Of a stretch of DNA of 64,000 bases, positions 1 through 13,360 are shown piece by piece (within the stretch, counting starts at the first letter, position 1; the number at the start of each line of letters is the position of its first letter). The position numbers and the translations under genes were made by a program. The notes beneath the pieces are model-generated. The model saw nothing but the letters and a program-made list of their open reading frames with translations. It was not told the DNA's origin and made no database searches. Source of the stretch: Azolla caroliniana (lineage: Eukaryota; Plantae; Polypodiophyta). The DNA lies in NCBI GenBank assembly GCA_043228905.1, contig JBHGNT010000007.1:4216001-4280000 (forward strand). The letters run 5' to 3'.

Positions 1-2683
1 ACACTACGCAAGAAGTGGTGACCACACTCAATTGTCATTCATTAATATGATTGTGTTTTCTCACCCACAATCACCCACAAACTTGTGCAAAGAACCTAAC
101 AACGGGCTTGTGCACTTCCTTTATGCCCAAATGGTTTTAAGTTTCACATTAAGGTACACAACCCTTCCTAGGTTCAATTAGATGTCTCTCTAGCAATACA
201 TTGTTTCCATATCACAACACCAATGTCCTGGCAATGAAGCATATGAAATGTCCTTAACATACTCTTTCGTTCATGAATGCAGACTCTTGGATGCACCACT
301 TCGAACAATTGGGCAGATGAGAAGTCCAAGGATACTCTTGTGTTGATGTTCTTATCGATAAACAGTGCATGGGAAGACAAACCATCTGATGATACATTAC
401 ATAGACCCTATTTGGTTGAACTGGTCATATTTCAATTTAAATTGAGGGAGGATCTCATTGAAAAACAGAGTAGGGGGAGACAAACCATCTGATTAAATCA
501 CATAAGACTCCATTTCAGTCCACTCACTCAACATATGCAATCAAAATGGCACAATAGAGATTCAATGTCTGAAAAAGGCAGTATCATAGATGTTGTCCAC
601 CATATCCCCTTTTTACTTATCTGCCATCCACCACAAGCATGGGCTTTCTGATAGTTCTCCACTTTAGAGATGCCTCTACTGTTTTATGTAAGAAACCATC
701 GGTTTTCTGCTTTTGACTACATATCTCACCATTTATGATACCCTATACACTTCATATCATGCCAGGTGAAGTATTACATTTCTTACATGCCAAAAATCTG
801 ACACAGCATTCTGGAGGCAACAATTATACATAGAGAGAATCACAGTTACTCTCAACCAAAGCAACATGACAATGGGGTGTATATTTCCACAAGTCAAGCA
901 ATGGCTGCCCAGAATAACTCCATCAAGAAGAATGATGTGACAACTGGTAATCCATTTCAAGCAAATACCCCACCAGAAGCTCACCTAGAGTCTAAACTTT
1001 CCAACTCAAAATCAAATTTTAACAATCACATGTTGCAAAACCAAAATGATAGATGATCCTGCAGTCCTAACCCAACTCCTTGAACTAATTGAAAAGAAAT
1101 CAATGCCACTTGTTGCGCTATAATGTTCTAGGTTCATTCAAACCCAATAACTTCTAACACCTTGGAATCAACATTTCAACCACCCAAGTGGAATTGTAGT
1201 TATATGGATTTCCACCCCATCAAAACCAACAGGGTTAATCCAATATCGATCAAAATATCATAGAAGCAGATCTGAATAAATTGCATGCAACCCAATGCCA
1301 CAATATATGATCAAGGAAAGCAGAGAGATGATCATGCAATTCAAGAGAGAGTTTACACCAGAAGTACATGAATCTGGCATTACTCAATCCCAAGAAAATG
1401 GGTACAAGCTATTGTTCATGTTCATGTATCTTGGATTGATTAAATGTAAGGACTACTAGAAGAGGTAGGTGCATTTATGCTGCAAACACTTGTACAATTT
1501 ACTCTTTACTCTCATACCTGTTAGAATCTGTCTTTCCAATGCTTATAAACAAGATTCAACTCATCAGGGTTTACAATGCCTCCTAATAAAGGCTCACAAG
1601 CTTTTCACTAAAATAAATTTACAAAAGTAGATAATCTCAGAACCATATCAGGGCAATCATCATGATACTTTCCTGTCTCTTGCAACTGCTAAGCCATGGT
1701 GCACACCATGTGCTCCAAGCATCACAACAATGATGTGCTTCCATACAAAATTAAAGGACAAATCCACGTGTTTACATATGAAAACCACACATGAACGATG
1801 AAACATGGATCATCCACAAGTACCAAACAAATGCACAAACCGACAATTCTCTTCTCAACAAATTTCTAATAAATTGATGCTACCTACCCTCATCAAATCT
1901 CTAAGAAAGTTTCTGTTAAAAATGACATTATCTCAAAATGATTAATATAATCTCTCACCTAATATGTCAACAAAATTGTCTCAATTTCCACTAAGAAAAC
2001 TCAGATAAGACTGAAGCAACTCAGCCCAAAATACAAAATTGTGTAACTGATTTTCTGATAGAAGAAATGCAAATTCATGCCTTTAGGAGGATGCATCAAC
2101 ATACAACATTCCAGTCTTTACCATGAATACCCTATTAACCATCAAAGTCCTGACCAATTTGGCATATTTCTCATCAGATTACTACAAAAAATGATGCAAA
2201 TTCAGACGGCCATAAATGAATATACATGCCATCAATAAATACCCATCTTGTAATAAAAAACTTCATAACTAATATGCTGATTAATTTCATAAGAATCAGG
2301 AGAAGATCTAAGCAGTAAAAACCTTGATTGATTACTGCAAGAAAACAGTATGCAAACACTAATACGAGTAGTTAACGTAGCAGTTTAAATATGATAAGAA
2401 CCGACTTTAATACATAAGTAAAGAGCACAATCAAACTAAATAAAAATAAGAAAGCTGTACCAAACCCCCTCCAATTTCAATGCAAACGCAATAGACTTTG
2501 CTCAAGAAATAGCACAGATAAAAATAATTATCTCAGATACACAAAACTCCGCTAAATTTAGCAAAAGCTCTACCAATTCCTTCTGAATCATGTCACCATT
2601 GTCACCGATTCTACTAAATTTTGCACAAAACTCTACTAACCCTCATTCATCGTCACCGCCATCATATAATGATCGTCTTTTGA

Positions 2684-3244
2684 TTATCGAAGTCTGCGCG
2701 CTTCTCTTTCAGATTCAAGGAGAGTGAGAATATCACCTGAAAATAGCAAAAGAGAAAAGGTAATCAACATCCAAGACATAGGGGAACATATCGGGAGCTA
2801 AAAACGGGAAGTAGGAAAGAATAACCTTATTTACCTTCTCTGACAGGACCTTTAACATTCCTCATAATGAGACGATTCTGGTCATCTAGAAACTTCACCC
2901 TAACTTGAGTAACCTGGCCTCTGCTACCTGTTCGTCCCATCACTTTCACAACAATGGCGAGCTTCACAGGAGTATCCTGCCAGAAGAAGGATTAGAGAAT
3001 TAGATAGTCTCAGAGAGAATCGACAGATGGAGAATCGAGCAAAAGAAAACAACAACAACAACAAAAAAGAGAGAAGAGATTGGCAATGGTGATGAAATAG
3101 AAGAATCCTAGAGAGAAAAGATCGACGGAGAAAGACGGAGGCTTTAGAGAGAGAGAAGAAAAGGATGCCAGGGAGAGAGATCGAGAAGCATATTAGCAGA
3201 AGAGAGGCATGGCGATCGATGGAAGGAGCTGAGGGGCTTACCAT
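2684..3244 (-). CDS. RPS28: 40S ribosomal protein S28 (eS28), 65 aa; exons 3244-3242 (ATG only), 2976-2835, 2736-2684
   Basis: Manual splicing with GT-AG introns gives [65 protein letters not shown], the canonical eS28 sequence. Exon phases are consistent (3+142+53 = 198 nt). Confidence 0.97.
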
Positions 3245-3340
3245 GATGGTGCTGCAGAAGAAGCAGACTGAGAAGAAAAATTAAGAAGAACTGAAGAAGA
3301 AGAAGAAGGAAAGTCTGTGTGTGTTGTTTTGTTTGTGTGT

Positions 3341-3409
3341 AAACCCTACTAAGTCCCATTTCACACCTGAAGCAATTTTGTCCGCCCAAATGAAGCCCAC
3401 GCCCATCTG

Positions 3410-3412
<3 letters not shown>
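3341..3412 (-). promoter_or_regulatory. RPS28 proximal promoter: telo-box plus site II-like GCCCA motifs
   Basis: AAACCCTA at 3341-3348 with several GCCCA/TGGGC motifs just upstream. The telo-box + site II pairing is typical of plant ribosomal protein promoters. Confidence 0.5.
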
Positions 3413-3451
<39 letters not shown>

Positions 3452-3559
3452 TTATATTATTGTCTTCGGGAGAGAGAGAGAGACACTGAGACACAATAAC
3501 ACACAGAGGCAAATTTGTCCGCCCAAATGAAGTCCACAAACATCTGGGCAGAGAGATAG

Positions 3560-3750
3560 ATAGACAGATTATATTATCATCTTCGGAGGTCAAATATGAC
3601 CTATGAGACCAAAAATATTACATTTCACATTATACGTGTGAAAGCGAGTAATGACTCTCGATGTTCAAGAACTTTACCAATGAATGTTGCAATTGAGACT
3701 GCAGATTGTGGTTGTGAGAGGAATTCGTGCAAGGATTGGGCTCAGTCGAA
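3560..3750 (-). mobile_element. 5'-truncated non-LTR retroelement 3' end (RTE/RTEX-like, tentative) inside an (AG)n tract
   Basis: Similar to 36425-36612. The minus strand encodes ..QSLHEFLSQPQSAVSIATFIGKVLEHRESLLAFTRIM*, followed by the hairpin AGGTCA-AATA-TGACCT and a TCTA/TC microsatellite tail. Confidence 0.5.
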
Positions 3751-4879
3751 GAGAGACAGAGAGAGACAGAGACAGTGAGACACAATAACACACAGAGGCA
3801 AATTTGTCCCCCCTAATGAAGGCTTATAAACGAGAAAATGTGTAACACCTGAGATAACTTAATTTGATAGGGTGCCCACGGTCCTTTGGAGTGAGAGTGA
3901 CTATGTATACACAAAATGGAGTTCAGTTCAAACCTATATGCAACCACATCAGGCTCCACTTCGTTGGTTAGACTATAAGTACATTATAAAACTCTCCATA
4001 AGAAACCATTGGGCTACTTCGGAGAAAGTAAATTTCTTTAAGAGTTTGTGAGGGGCATGCAAAAAGAGCTGGTGTTCATGTGTTATTTTAGGGGAAGCCC
4101 ATAGGTTCCACTGCAGATCTTAGATTGTAATAAACATTCACTTGTCACCATCCACAGGAATATGCTGATATAAAAAAAGTAGGTAGGCTTTCTCGCATAA
4201 CCTATATACCATTATTGCATGTTATCCAAGATCATATAGCCAATATCAAACAATACATTGTTGGTACTAGCATATGTAACCCGACCAATTGCTCAATTCA
4301 TATATATCAAAGTTACCAGTATTTTGCAGCAAATCCTAACATATATTTAAGGGGTTGAACAATATGATATGACACACTATCTCTAGTTATACCAACAACT
4401 TGACAAATGTTTATTTCACACATGCCAAAGATTTAACGTTGGATCATAAAGTAAATGAGTGTCCATGTGTATCCATTATATGATACATGTGTATGGGTGT
4501 TCTGTTTCATGGGTGTGTATCGGAGACATATTTGAGGCCATCCACACTATATAGTTACTACTTCTTAACACATTGTCTTTACTAGCATATAGAACTCCAT
4601 GAAACACATAATTCACATATATCAAAGTTGTACTTACGAACAAATGACCAACACCACAGAATCCCTTGTTGCAATTGTTATCCAGAATCTTGGGGCCATG
4701 GTACAAAAGTGTAACCATTAAGAATGTAGTGATACATAAGCAATAAGTCTATTGATTTGGTAATGGGGTAAGTGGGTATTCAAGGCTATCGATCGCATGT
4801 GGCAATACACGAAACTTGAAGGGACAAGCCTTGGGAGAGACAAATGAATACCCACATACTCTCCTCGACCGACTAAGCA

Positions 4880-5110
4880 AAAGTGAACACTCGACTTTGG
4901 GCTCCCTTTGAGTCAGAAGAGCCTTCGACCCTGGGATCCCTTCAAGTCTAAAGTGCCTTCAAATCTAAAGAGCCTTCAATTCTTGGCTCCTTTTGAGTTT
5001 GACGCACCTTCGAGTTTGGGTTCCCTTCGACTTTGAAAAGCCTTCGACTCTAGAGAACCTACGAGTCCCATGAGCTTTCAAGTCCACTAACGTCCGCACC
5101 TTCCAAGCCC
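4880..5110. repeat. Degenerate ~15-16 bp tandem repeat (CCTTCGA core), probably TE-derived
   Basis: Recurring CCTTCGAC/CCTTCAAG/CCTTTGAG units at regular spacing. Confidence 0.45.
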
Positions 5111-6292
5111 TTGTGTCCTCCTTGGTCCAAGTCCCCACTTGGTATGCTTGAGTAGCACATGCACGCATGTTATCACGACGTCATGGCCCCTTTGCTTTTC
5201 CACGTTCCCACCTTCAGGCTCACCACATCATGACAACGCAACAAAAAGTAAACTTGCTCTCCAACTTTATTTTGAAAAAAAATCCAAGGTCACCTTTGAT
5301 TTGGTTCCATGTCTAACTAAAACATCAATATCCAAAAATTATGTTCCCAAATAGTATACTTGGATCAACTGAGCATGGACAAGGTAAAGTTGAGACCTCT
5401 ATTAGAATTGGTTTACTTTAAACATTTTAATGTACATTGCACTAAATGATAACCCCATTCTACATTTTCATGTGTATTATATGAAGGTATATTCGTAAAA
5501 AATATGGTATACGTTAAATTGTGCATAATACTACATCCATATTCTGCTGAATAAAATAGCTTCAAATGTTTTCACAAGTACATTTTTCTTCACAAGCATC
5601 ACTTCAATGAACTTTAATTGTTCTATTGTTTTTAGTCAAATCGAATACGAAGTTAGAATATGAAGGTTGTCATATTTTTGAAAACCATGGCAACCCACTA
5701 TCAAACACATTTCAATAGTTGTAGGTTCTATGTTGGACTTCTCTTTTACGTTTTCACATTTTACACTTGCGTCATGTTGTCAACAAAAGCAATATTCTTG
5801 TGATCCATCTAGAAATGGAGCCTTGATACTATGGGCCCAATCTCTCCTTGATAAACTAATTTATACATTTTGGTGGCCATGGATTCTCATACCAATTGGG
5901 TTGCAATGAGAGCCTTCCAAGATAGTATAATAAGTTTGCTGCCAAGTTGTATTCCAATAGAGCCCACTATGGATGCCCAATAGAATTCATAGTGGACCAA
6001 TAATAGAATCAATGTCTAGACAAGAAACATGTTCTCCAAAAAAGATAGTATTTAAGAATAAATCTGGAAAAGGCAAAATCTATTGTACATAGCCATCAGG
6101 ACAGCTTGATTAGGTTGTAGTTACGATTGGATAGAAACATAAGCATAAATGAATTTTGAGTTATAAAGAGAAAATCCATCTACTTTCTCTGAAAATGAAT
6201 TAACTCAGAAAAAAGGACATGTACATGTTACAAGTACAAAAAGATGTTTCATTGGTTATTTGATCATTGGCTTGTTTGACTGATTCATTTTT

Positions 6293-7769
6293 CTATTGTA
6301 ATTTGATATCCTGAGAAACAACCAATTTGGGAAGTATCCAGAAGACAGGATGACCGTGGCCAAACAGCCTTTGCAGATTCTTCCAGCCTCGAATTGGAGG
6401 TGTAATCCCCCTATAGATTCCATTATGTTGTTGAAGAGAATCTATAAATGTCTCGCCATCATAAAGATGATGGATTTGTTGATAAAGTAGCAATCCAACA
6501 CCTATTGTTACTGACAAACTTAATACAACAAGGTAGACTAACCCAATAGCCCTCACAGATGAAGACATGGAGTTTCCAAGCCATGCCACCAAAAAGGAGA
6601 TGAACACTTCCATCTTGTTCATATTCCAGCCACCTAAGTGTATCTCTCCGGACTTGAGCCGGTCACTCCAAACCTTAGCAATTGTTGCCACTGACATGAC
6701 ACATACATAAAGGTTGCTTATCACACTAAAAAAGAGGAAAAGAAGGAACGATCTGTGATTTGCAGCTCCTACACAGTTTCCGATCTGGATTACATGAAAG
6801 CAAATTACTGGCCTTGCACAAAAAAACGCTCAAGAAAAACATCAAAATTACCCCTAACTTTTAAGTAATTTACCAGAATAGCTCTAAGTTTTGTACGATT
6901 ATATTAATGGGATCTCGTAATAATAGCCGAGATATAGATTCAACTCTAATAATCTAAATTTTTTTGTGGTAATTTCGAGTAAATTAAATAGCAGGGGTAT
7001 TTTGTTCTTAAAGAATGTGCGGCATTCTCATCATCTTTAAAACTGTATCGGTATTCTGGCAATTTGTAAAGTTAGGGGTATTTTGGCTTTATTCCCAAAA
7101 CAAATAAAAAAATTCTCGGCCTTCAAGAGAAATAAACAGTTTTGAGAAATTCACTTACAAATGGGCAATGATGATCCATGTCCAAGACACATGTCTTACA
7201 TGATCTACAATGGTGTGCTCTTGGTGGCTTTGGCTTTTGACAAATATAGCAAAAGCGATGTCCATCTAAATCGCCTTTACCAACATATTCAGCATCTCCA
7301 TAAGCTATATGTGGTACAGGCCCCGCTTGTACATAGGCTGCAACCCAGTAATTGAATAGTGTATTGAAGGAAAGAAGGACTGTGATTACAATGTGAACCC
7401 AGAATGAAAAACTGAAAAATGTAAACATAATAGGGAAGACGGCCCACATTCCACCACCTGCCAAACAATAATTCCCAAAAAAGAAGAAAAAGAGACTAAG
7501 AGAATCAGAAAGGGTGATTTGAAAAAGAGGGATTTACAAATAGGAGTATCTTACTGACAAATAATAAGAAGCACCAAGAAGGTTATTATGGCGACTAGAA
7601 TGCGGTCCAATGCATATGAGCATTTCAGCCACCATCCTTCCTTTCTTGTCTGGGTATCATTGTTAGAAATAGCCCCACACCAACCACATTTATACACAGG
7701 AACAATGGAGGGAAGAATTAAACGTACTCCGCATCCCCAGCACGACGTTTCATAGGGTACCAATGACAT
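6293..7769 (-). CDS. DHHC-type protein S-acyltransferase, PAT11-like; exons 7769-7559, 7457-7159, 6784-6293
   Basis: N-terminal CWGCG..YKCGWCGAI motif and TM helices. The Cys-rich domain CYICQKPKPPRAHHCRSCKTCVLDMDHHCPF|IGNCVGAANHRSF is joined by in-phase GT-AG introns. The start codon is uncertain (acceptor at ~7797 upstream). Confidence 0.9.
6832..7096. mobile_element. Mutator-like MITE in PAT intron
   Basis: Imperfect ~45 bp terminal inverted repeats (AAATTACCCCTAACTTT..CCAGAATA / TATTCTGG..AAAGTTAGGGGTATTTT). TSD not resolved. Confidence 0.55.
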
Positions 7770-10700
7770 CTGCCTCTGTTCTTGTTTCTGTGACTGCTGA
7801 GAAACAAACAAAGATGAAGAAAAATCAGGCTTCTATGCAGCAGTAGGTAACCTGGCAACCATCCCTTGCACAATAACGAATTTCAATCTGGCCCCAAAGC
7901 AACCTAGACATGCTGTATACAGTAAAAACCTCATATATCTCCTATTAGAATGAATAAGAAAACATGCTCTTGAAGGACACAGTGAACACATACACCAACA
8001 TCGCATTTCGTTTTTCAGCAAGTTGTGGACATCAAGTTTAAGATTAATATTGACAGGAGGGAAGGGTGAAACAGCTGCATTTGGTGTATCCCTGATTATT
8101 CTTTTTTGCCTTTACAATTCTACACACTTTTAACTACAAGGATGAGGAAATCAATCACCATCCATTCCATGATGAAGGCTCAATTCCAGAACTTCCATAA
8201 TTATGATTTTCACATATAAATGATCAATGGATTTTGCAGACATTGGATGATGAGATCATGGCACATGATATGATTTATCCATGGAGGTATTTCATGACCT
8301 GTTGACGTGTAGAATAATATATAGATTAAGATTAACATTGACGGGAGGGAAGGGTGAAGCAGCTGCAGTTCATGTATCCCTGATTTTCTAACATCCTATG
8401 TTTTGCCCTCTATGATTCTAGGCAACATAAATCTCAAAGGTGTGTAAATCAATCACTATCCACTCCATGATGAGGGCACAATTCCAGGACTTCAACTGAT
8501 TGTTCATAAGATTTTAATCACCTCCCATTCCATTGATCTTTGATTATTTCACATTGTGACTACGGCAACATAATCACTATTTCTAACTTTTAATACAGGG
8601 CTTTTGTTATAAACCTAGAATAATCAACTACATTATTGTAAGTTGTGATATTCATGCAGGGTATGTGAGTACATACTGTAGATTAATTTGTGATAAAGAG
8701 CCATGTACGGAAGTAAATGCCATCAAGCATGGTTAGGTTAAGAAATAGCATCAGAGTAATTATTGAAAGCAGAGAAGATAGATCAATGGATGTCATGGGA
8801 AAGATACTAAAACACTTCTACAGCTTTGAATTGGATGTCATGGGAAAGAGACATGATGCCGCAAAGGAGTTAATCTCACTGTTGATGCCATTCCCATGAC
8901 AGTTTCTCTGCAGCTATAAATATTTTTGACATTGATTACTCTTATTTCACGATGATTTGTATATATGCGTCTTTCATTTACAGAATCAATACCAATACTC
9001 CCTTTAGAAGCTTGCAAGAATAGTGTTTGTCCAGTATTTCTAATCTTACCAATCTTTCAATCTAGTTTATAATTCATTCACCTATCTCTTAGCATGCTAC
9101 ACACAAGACCCATACAAATCCCCATGCTGAAATGACACATTTTGATGCATGTAATTTCAGAACAAAATTACCTCAATATCATTGTCAGCCTCCATAATTG
9201 AAAAACTATAAGCAATCTTGACCTGCAAAATAGTATGTATAAGACCAAGTGAGAATATATAAAAGCTGAAACATGGAGAGCTTTAGACAAGGTTTATTAA
9301 AAAGAAGAAGTGTTGCCTCGTGTTTGTCACAAAAATGTCATAGTTTATCCCGAAACCCACTGGACTTGAGTATGACAGTTATGAGATTAAAATATCTTCA
9401 TAATTCACATATTTTGATGCATTCCATAAGCCAAGCCATTTTTATCAAAATGTTACATGGTCCATTTGTTAGATAAACAAACAATCACATGATGTCTGAA
9501 GTGTTTTTGACTACGCAACCAAAAGATATCCATTCAAGAGTGGCCCAAGACAGATAGGCCATTAGATCACGGGGAAAGTCCAGTGGCTAACTAGGATTAT
9601 TTTAATCTCATACGCATATGGGTAATGTAATTGTGATGAAGGTGGGTATGGAATCTGGATTAAACACTAACTGGAACTGGCCTTTACTCACACAAACACT
9701 GATAAGACACACATTGACACGTCGAAAACCAGGAACACCAAAAGTTTGGCAACACCAGAGATGGTATATCAACTAGACCAAGATTGAAAACAACGTAACT
9801 CCAAGTGTAGCGACCTTTGGAATCAGATCATGGTACTGAAAGAGCAAACCTAAAAATTTTGAAGAAGGGAGTGACAATAAAACATGGGTTTACACTTCAA
9901 CATGAATATCCTTGAATTAATTGTGGCTCAAATTATGGCACCAAAAAGCTGAATTTCTACGAATTTCTGCCACTAAATTGTAGTCTTAAACCTCTTGTTA
10001 TCGTCCTTCCATCCAAAACCCTGATTTTCTATTGCATTTGCACCTAATAAGAATCTCCTTTTATCATTCTTGTTTTGATATCCATATTAGAGGAATATCT
10101 TCTGCTGCCCACACAACAAGCTTAAGGCTGTCCCATCTGGATCTAAACAGCCTTCTTCAGTAGCCAAACTTTACTACTTCAACAACACCTGTCACTGCAT
10201 GTGACTCACAGTAAGTTTGCAAACCTTACTGTTGCAACTCCGTGTTGCAAACACAATATGAATTATATATTTCGATGATTTTTTCCCACAACTGTTTTCC
10301 TACTGTTTGTTTTTTGCTTCATTATAGATGTTCTTCTTAATAATGTGTTTACTACTACTAGCTTTTCAGAAAATATCCATGAAATCTACATGAATAGTGT
10401 CAATAAAAGGAGGAAAATGTATGCAGTTTCAATAAATAATATGAATATCCGAATCTCACAAGATATATAGCATTGAGGAAGAATTTTGGGAGCAGCCTGA
10501 AAATCAATCCCATGACTTGTCTGTTAGGTAGATCATCTCTTTAGTTCTCATTGTCAATACAATAAGGGATTCAGGCTGATCATACGATATGGTGTGTTCT
10601 CTTTCATTATGCCCTTTCTATTAAATGATTGTTTTGCTTAGTTTTAGTGTATATGAACCAAAACCTTAACATGTAAGCACCATACTCTAATAATAAAGAT

Positions 10701-11217
10701 TGGTGCTCACATATTCATAACCAAAATTAACATCAATCCATCAGTTTTCCTGTAGTCCATCTCACCTTATTATACCTCATCTTAATAGTGAGGCATTAAG
10801 ATTGATTAATTTCTCGTTATCATACAACCTTTAGGAAATACATTGCTAAAAACACTAAAAACAAAATGTAAATGCTTGGAATAACACAACATTACACCAA
10901 AAAGGAAAAAATTGCACATCTAAATATTAGGCCCACAAATGAATTTTTCTTTTGTTATCTAATTTATTTTGGCAAATCTAAATGCTAGACATGAAAAGGA
11001 ACATGTTTTCGCATTGTCTACTAGGTGAGGTATTGAGATTGCTAAATTTCCCATCAACATATCCTTTAAGAAATCCCTTGTAACAACAAGATGGAGATTC
11101 CTGTGAAAAACAGAATATCAACCAAAAAATTAAAAAAATTCACATATCTAAATGTACTCAATAAAACAGGGGCATGTCTGCTCGTCTCTTTATCTCTAGT
11201 GATTTTCTTTAATCCTT

Positions 11218-11640
11218 TTGCACATCTCTTTACCTCTTATTAATCTCTTTATATTTTGCACATCTCTTTATCTCCCATCATTCTCTCTACCATTTTGTGC
11301 ATCTCTTTATCTCTCATCATTCTATCTACCATTTTGCACATCTCTTTATCTCTCTTCATTCTCTTTACATTTTGCAAATATCTTTACATCTCATCACTCT
11401 CTTTATATTTTGCACGTCTCTTCACCTTTCATCATTCTAGTCCCGATTTTACACATCATTTGATCCCTCATTGTTCTCTTTATCATTTTGCAGGTCGTCC
11501 TACATTGCATATGGCTCTTTACATTTTTCACGCATCTTTATATTTTGTGCGCCTCTGTATCTCTTGTCTTCCTCTTTAATCCTCATAAGTCTCTTTTACA
11601 TCTTTGCACATCCGTTTACCCTCTCATCATCCACAATTTC
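11218..11640. repeat. Pyrimidine-rich minisatellite, ~30-31 bp unit (TTTTGCACATCTCTTTATCTC...)
   Basis: About 13 degenerate tandem copies are visible. Confidence 0.75.
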
Positions 11641-11842
11641 CAATATGAAACTTCTTCAAAGGACATTCAATCCCTAGAAAAAACATGGAAATTCTCCGGA
11701 AAACAGCATATAGAACAATAAACGAAGCAAAAGGGACAAACTCTCAGGACCACAGAACCACAACCATACATCTCTCAAATGTTTCAAAGACTTTCGGAGA
11801 GGATAGAAAGGGAAGGGAACAGGTTAAACAGAAAGAATGTAC

Positions 11843-11910
11843 CTGGTGCAGCAGGCATCAGGTCAAGCGATGGTTTCGTATGAATCAGAAACTCGGAACA
11901 TTTATTCAAT

Positions 11911-11946
<36 letters not shown>

Positions 11947-11955
11947 CTCTCTGAC
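11843..11955 (-). other. Putative non-coding first exon of the PAT gene (~4 kb first intron)
   Basis: CCAG|GTAC donor at 11843/11842 next to a (GA)n tract, and a matching polypyrimidine acceptor at 7797/7794. Inference only. Confidence 0.4.
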
Positions 11956-12929
11956 TTTGTGAAATGAAGCTAAAAATCAAAGATGAACAATAAGTTTATG
12001 GATTTTACATAAATAGCCCTGCTATTTTCTGCTTTACTTTATTCAAAAAAAAATTATATCCCTTTGTATTTCTCTTTATTTCACTAAATGCCCCCCCCCC
12101 CCCCAAAAAAAAAAAGCCAAAGAGAAAGGAGCCTTTCCGTATTGTAAAGAATCGGATCTGATTTTGTGCAGCAGAATGTGTGTGTGTGTGTGTAGTTGAG
12201 AGAGAGAGAGAGAGAAAACACAATGTGTACAGAAAACAAGAATAACTGTATTAACAAGAATAAGACAACCAACAGTTACAAGAAGCGGGAGAGAGGTGCT
12301 TATGTAGTCACCTTCTCTCTATATTCTCTTTCTACAACCACCGCTTACTAAAAGAGAGGTGAAGACTTAACTACACTAAATATGTGTTATATAACTTTAA
12401 TGTTCTATGACACACTAGTTACTATATTAGGAGGTGGGGTGTTCACACACTTGAATATGCTAAGGTGTGTTCCCACACTGGGGATGTTGAGTTTAATTCT
12501 CAGCACGCCCCTTCAAACACAACTTCGTTCCTCGAATGGTTGGTTCGGGATTCATACTAGTTCTCGGATCGGCTTTGTGTCGGCTCCGGCTTCGGCTATG
12601 AATAGTCGACTCACTCGGTCTGTTCTTCGATCGACATCATGTCGATCGGTTTCTTAGTCCCCCTAGTTGGTCGATGATCGAGAGATCGAGGTTCGTCGTG
12701 AACTACCGTAGCTTGTCAACTCCCAAGGCCTTCCTGAAGATGTCGGTCGTCTGTTGATTCGTGTTGATGTGTTGCAAGTCGACATCTCTAGCCAGGAAAC
12801 ATTCTCGAATGAAGCGATAATGCACCTCAATGTGCTTAGTCTGAGCGTGGAAAATTGTGTTGCTAGCCATGTGGATGTTGCTCATGTTGTCGCAATATAA
12901 GATAATTGAATCCTTAATGGGAACGCTCA

Positions 12930-13360
12930 TGATGAGATATCAAGCTCAACTAGATTTAGTTAGTTAGTCAACACACGTAACTTAGTAGTTACCTAGATAG
13001 AATCTAGTTAGTGTGTTGACCTTAAAGCCTTAAATAAGATTTTGTATTTGGGTGGGATACATTGTAGATCCTCCACTCCCATGATCATTTAATATAGGAC
13101 TTACACCTTTGTACCTATATTCTACTCACACATGTGCACCTTTGCACATTAGATGTATATATACCTCATTTTGGGTATTTTTGTATTAGATGATACTTTT
13201 AAATATACACTCTCGTTAATCATCCCCCATTTATATTATTGTTCATAAGTGTAACTTTCTCCCTCTTTTCCTCACACACACATATCACATAATCTTCCGC
13301 TGCTTAACTACTCACATAATTAGTCACTAATTAACCCTAATTATTACCTAATTATTAACA
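12930..13360 (+). mobile_element. Solo LTR nested in the Copia RNase H region
   Basis: TGATGAG...TTAACA interrupts the RNase H frame (WLKRILMDL|VPIKD). Flanks GCTCA/ACCCA are a degenerate TSD. The start resembles the solo LTR at 32237. Confidence 0.65.

Noticed and set aside
1-2400. Short ORFs as exons of another gene
   Set aside because: No recognisable protein motif or consistent splice chain was found.
2924-3593. 106-aa and 149-aa minus-strand ORFs
   Set aside because: They are read-through of RPS28 intron 1 and microsatellite-rich promoter sequence.
8836-8900. TGTCATGGGAA..TTCCCATGACA hairpin as a miRNA precursor
   Set aside because: Only ~11 bp pair perfectly and no known mature miRNA was recognised.
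11218-11721. Overlapping hydrophobic ORFs
   Set aside because: They are products of a pyrimidine-rich minisatellite.
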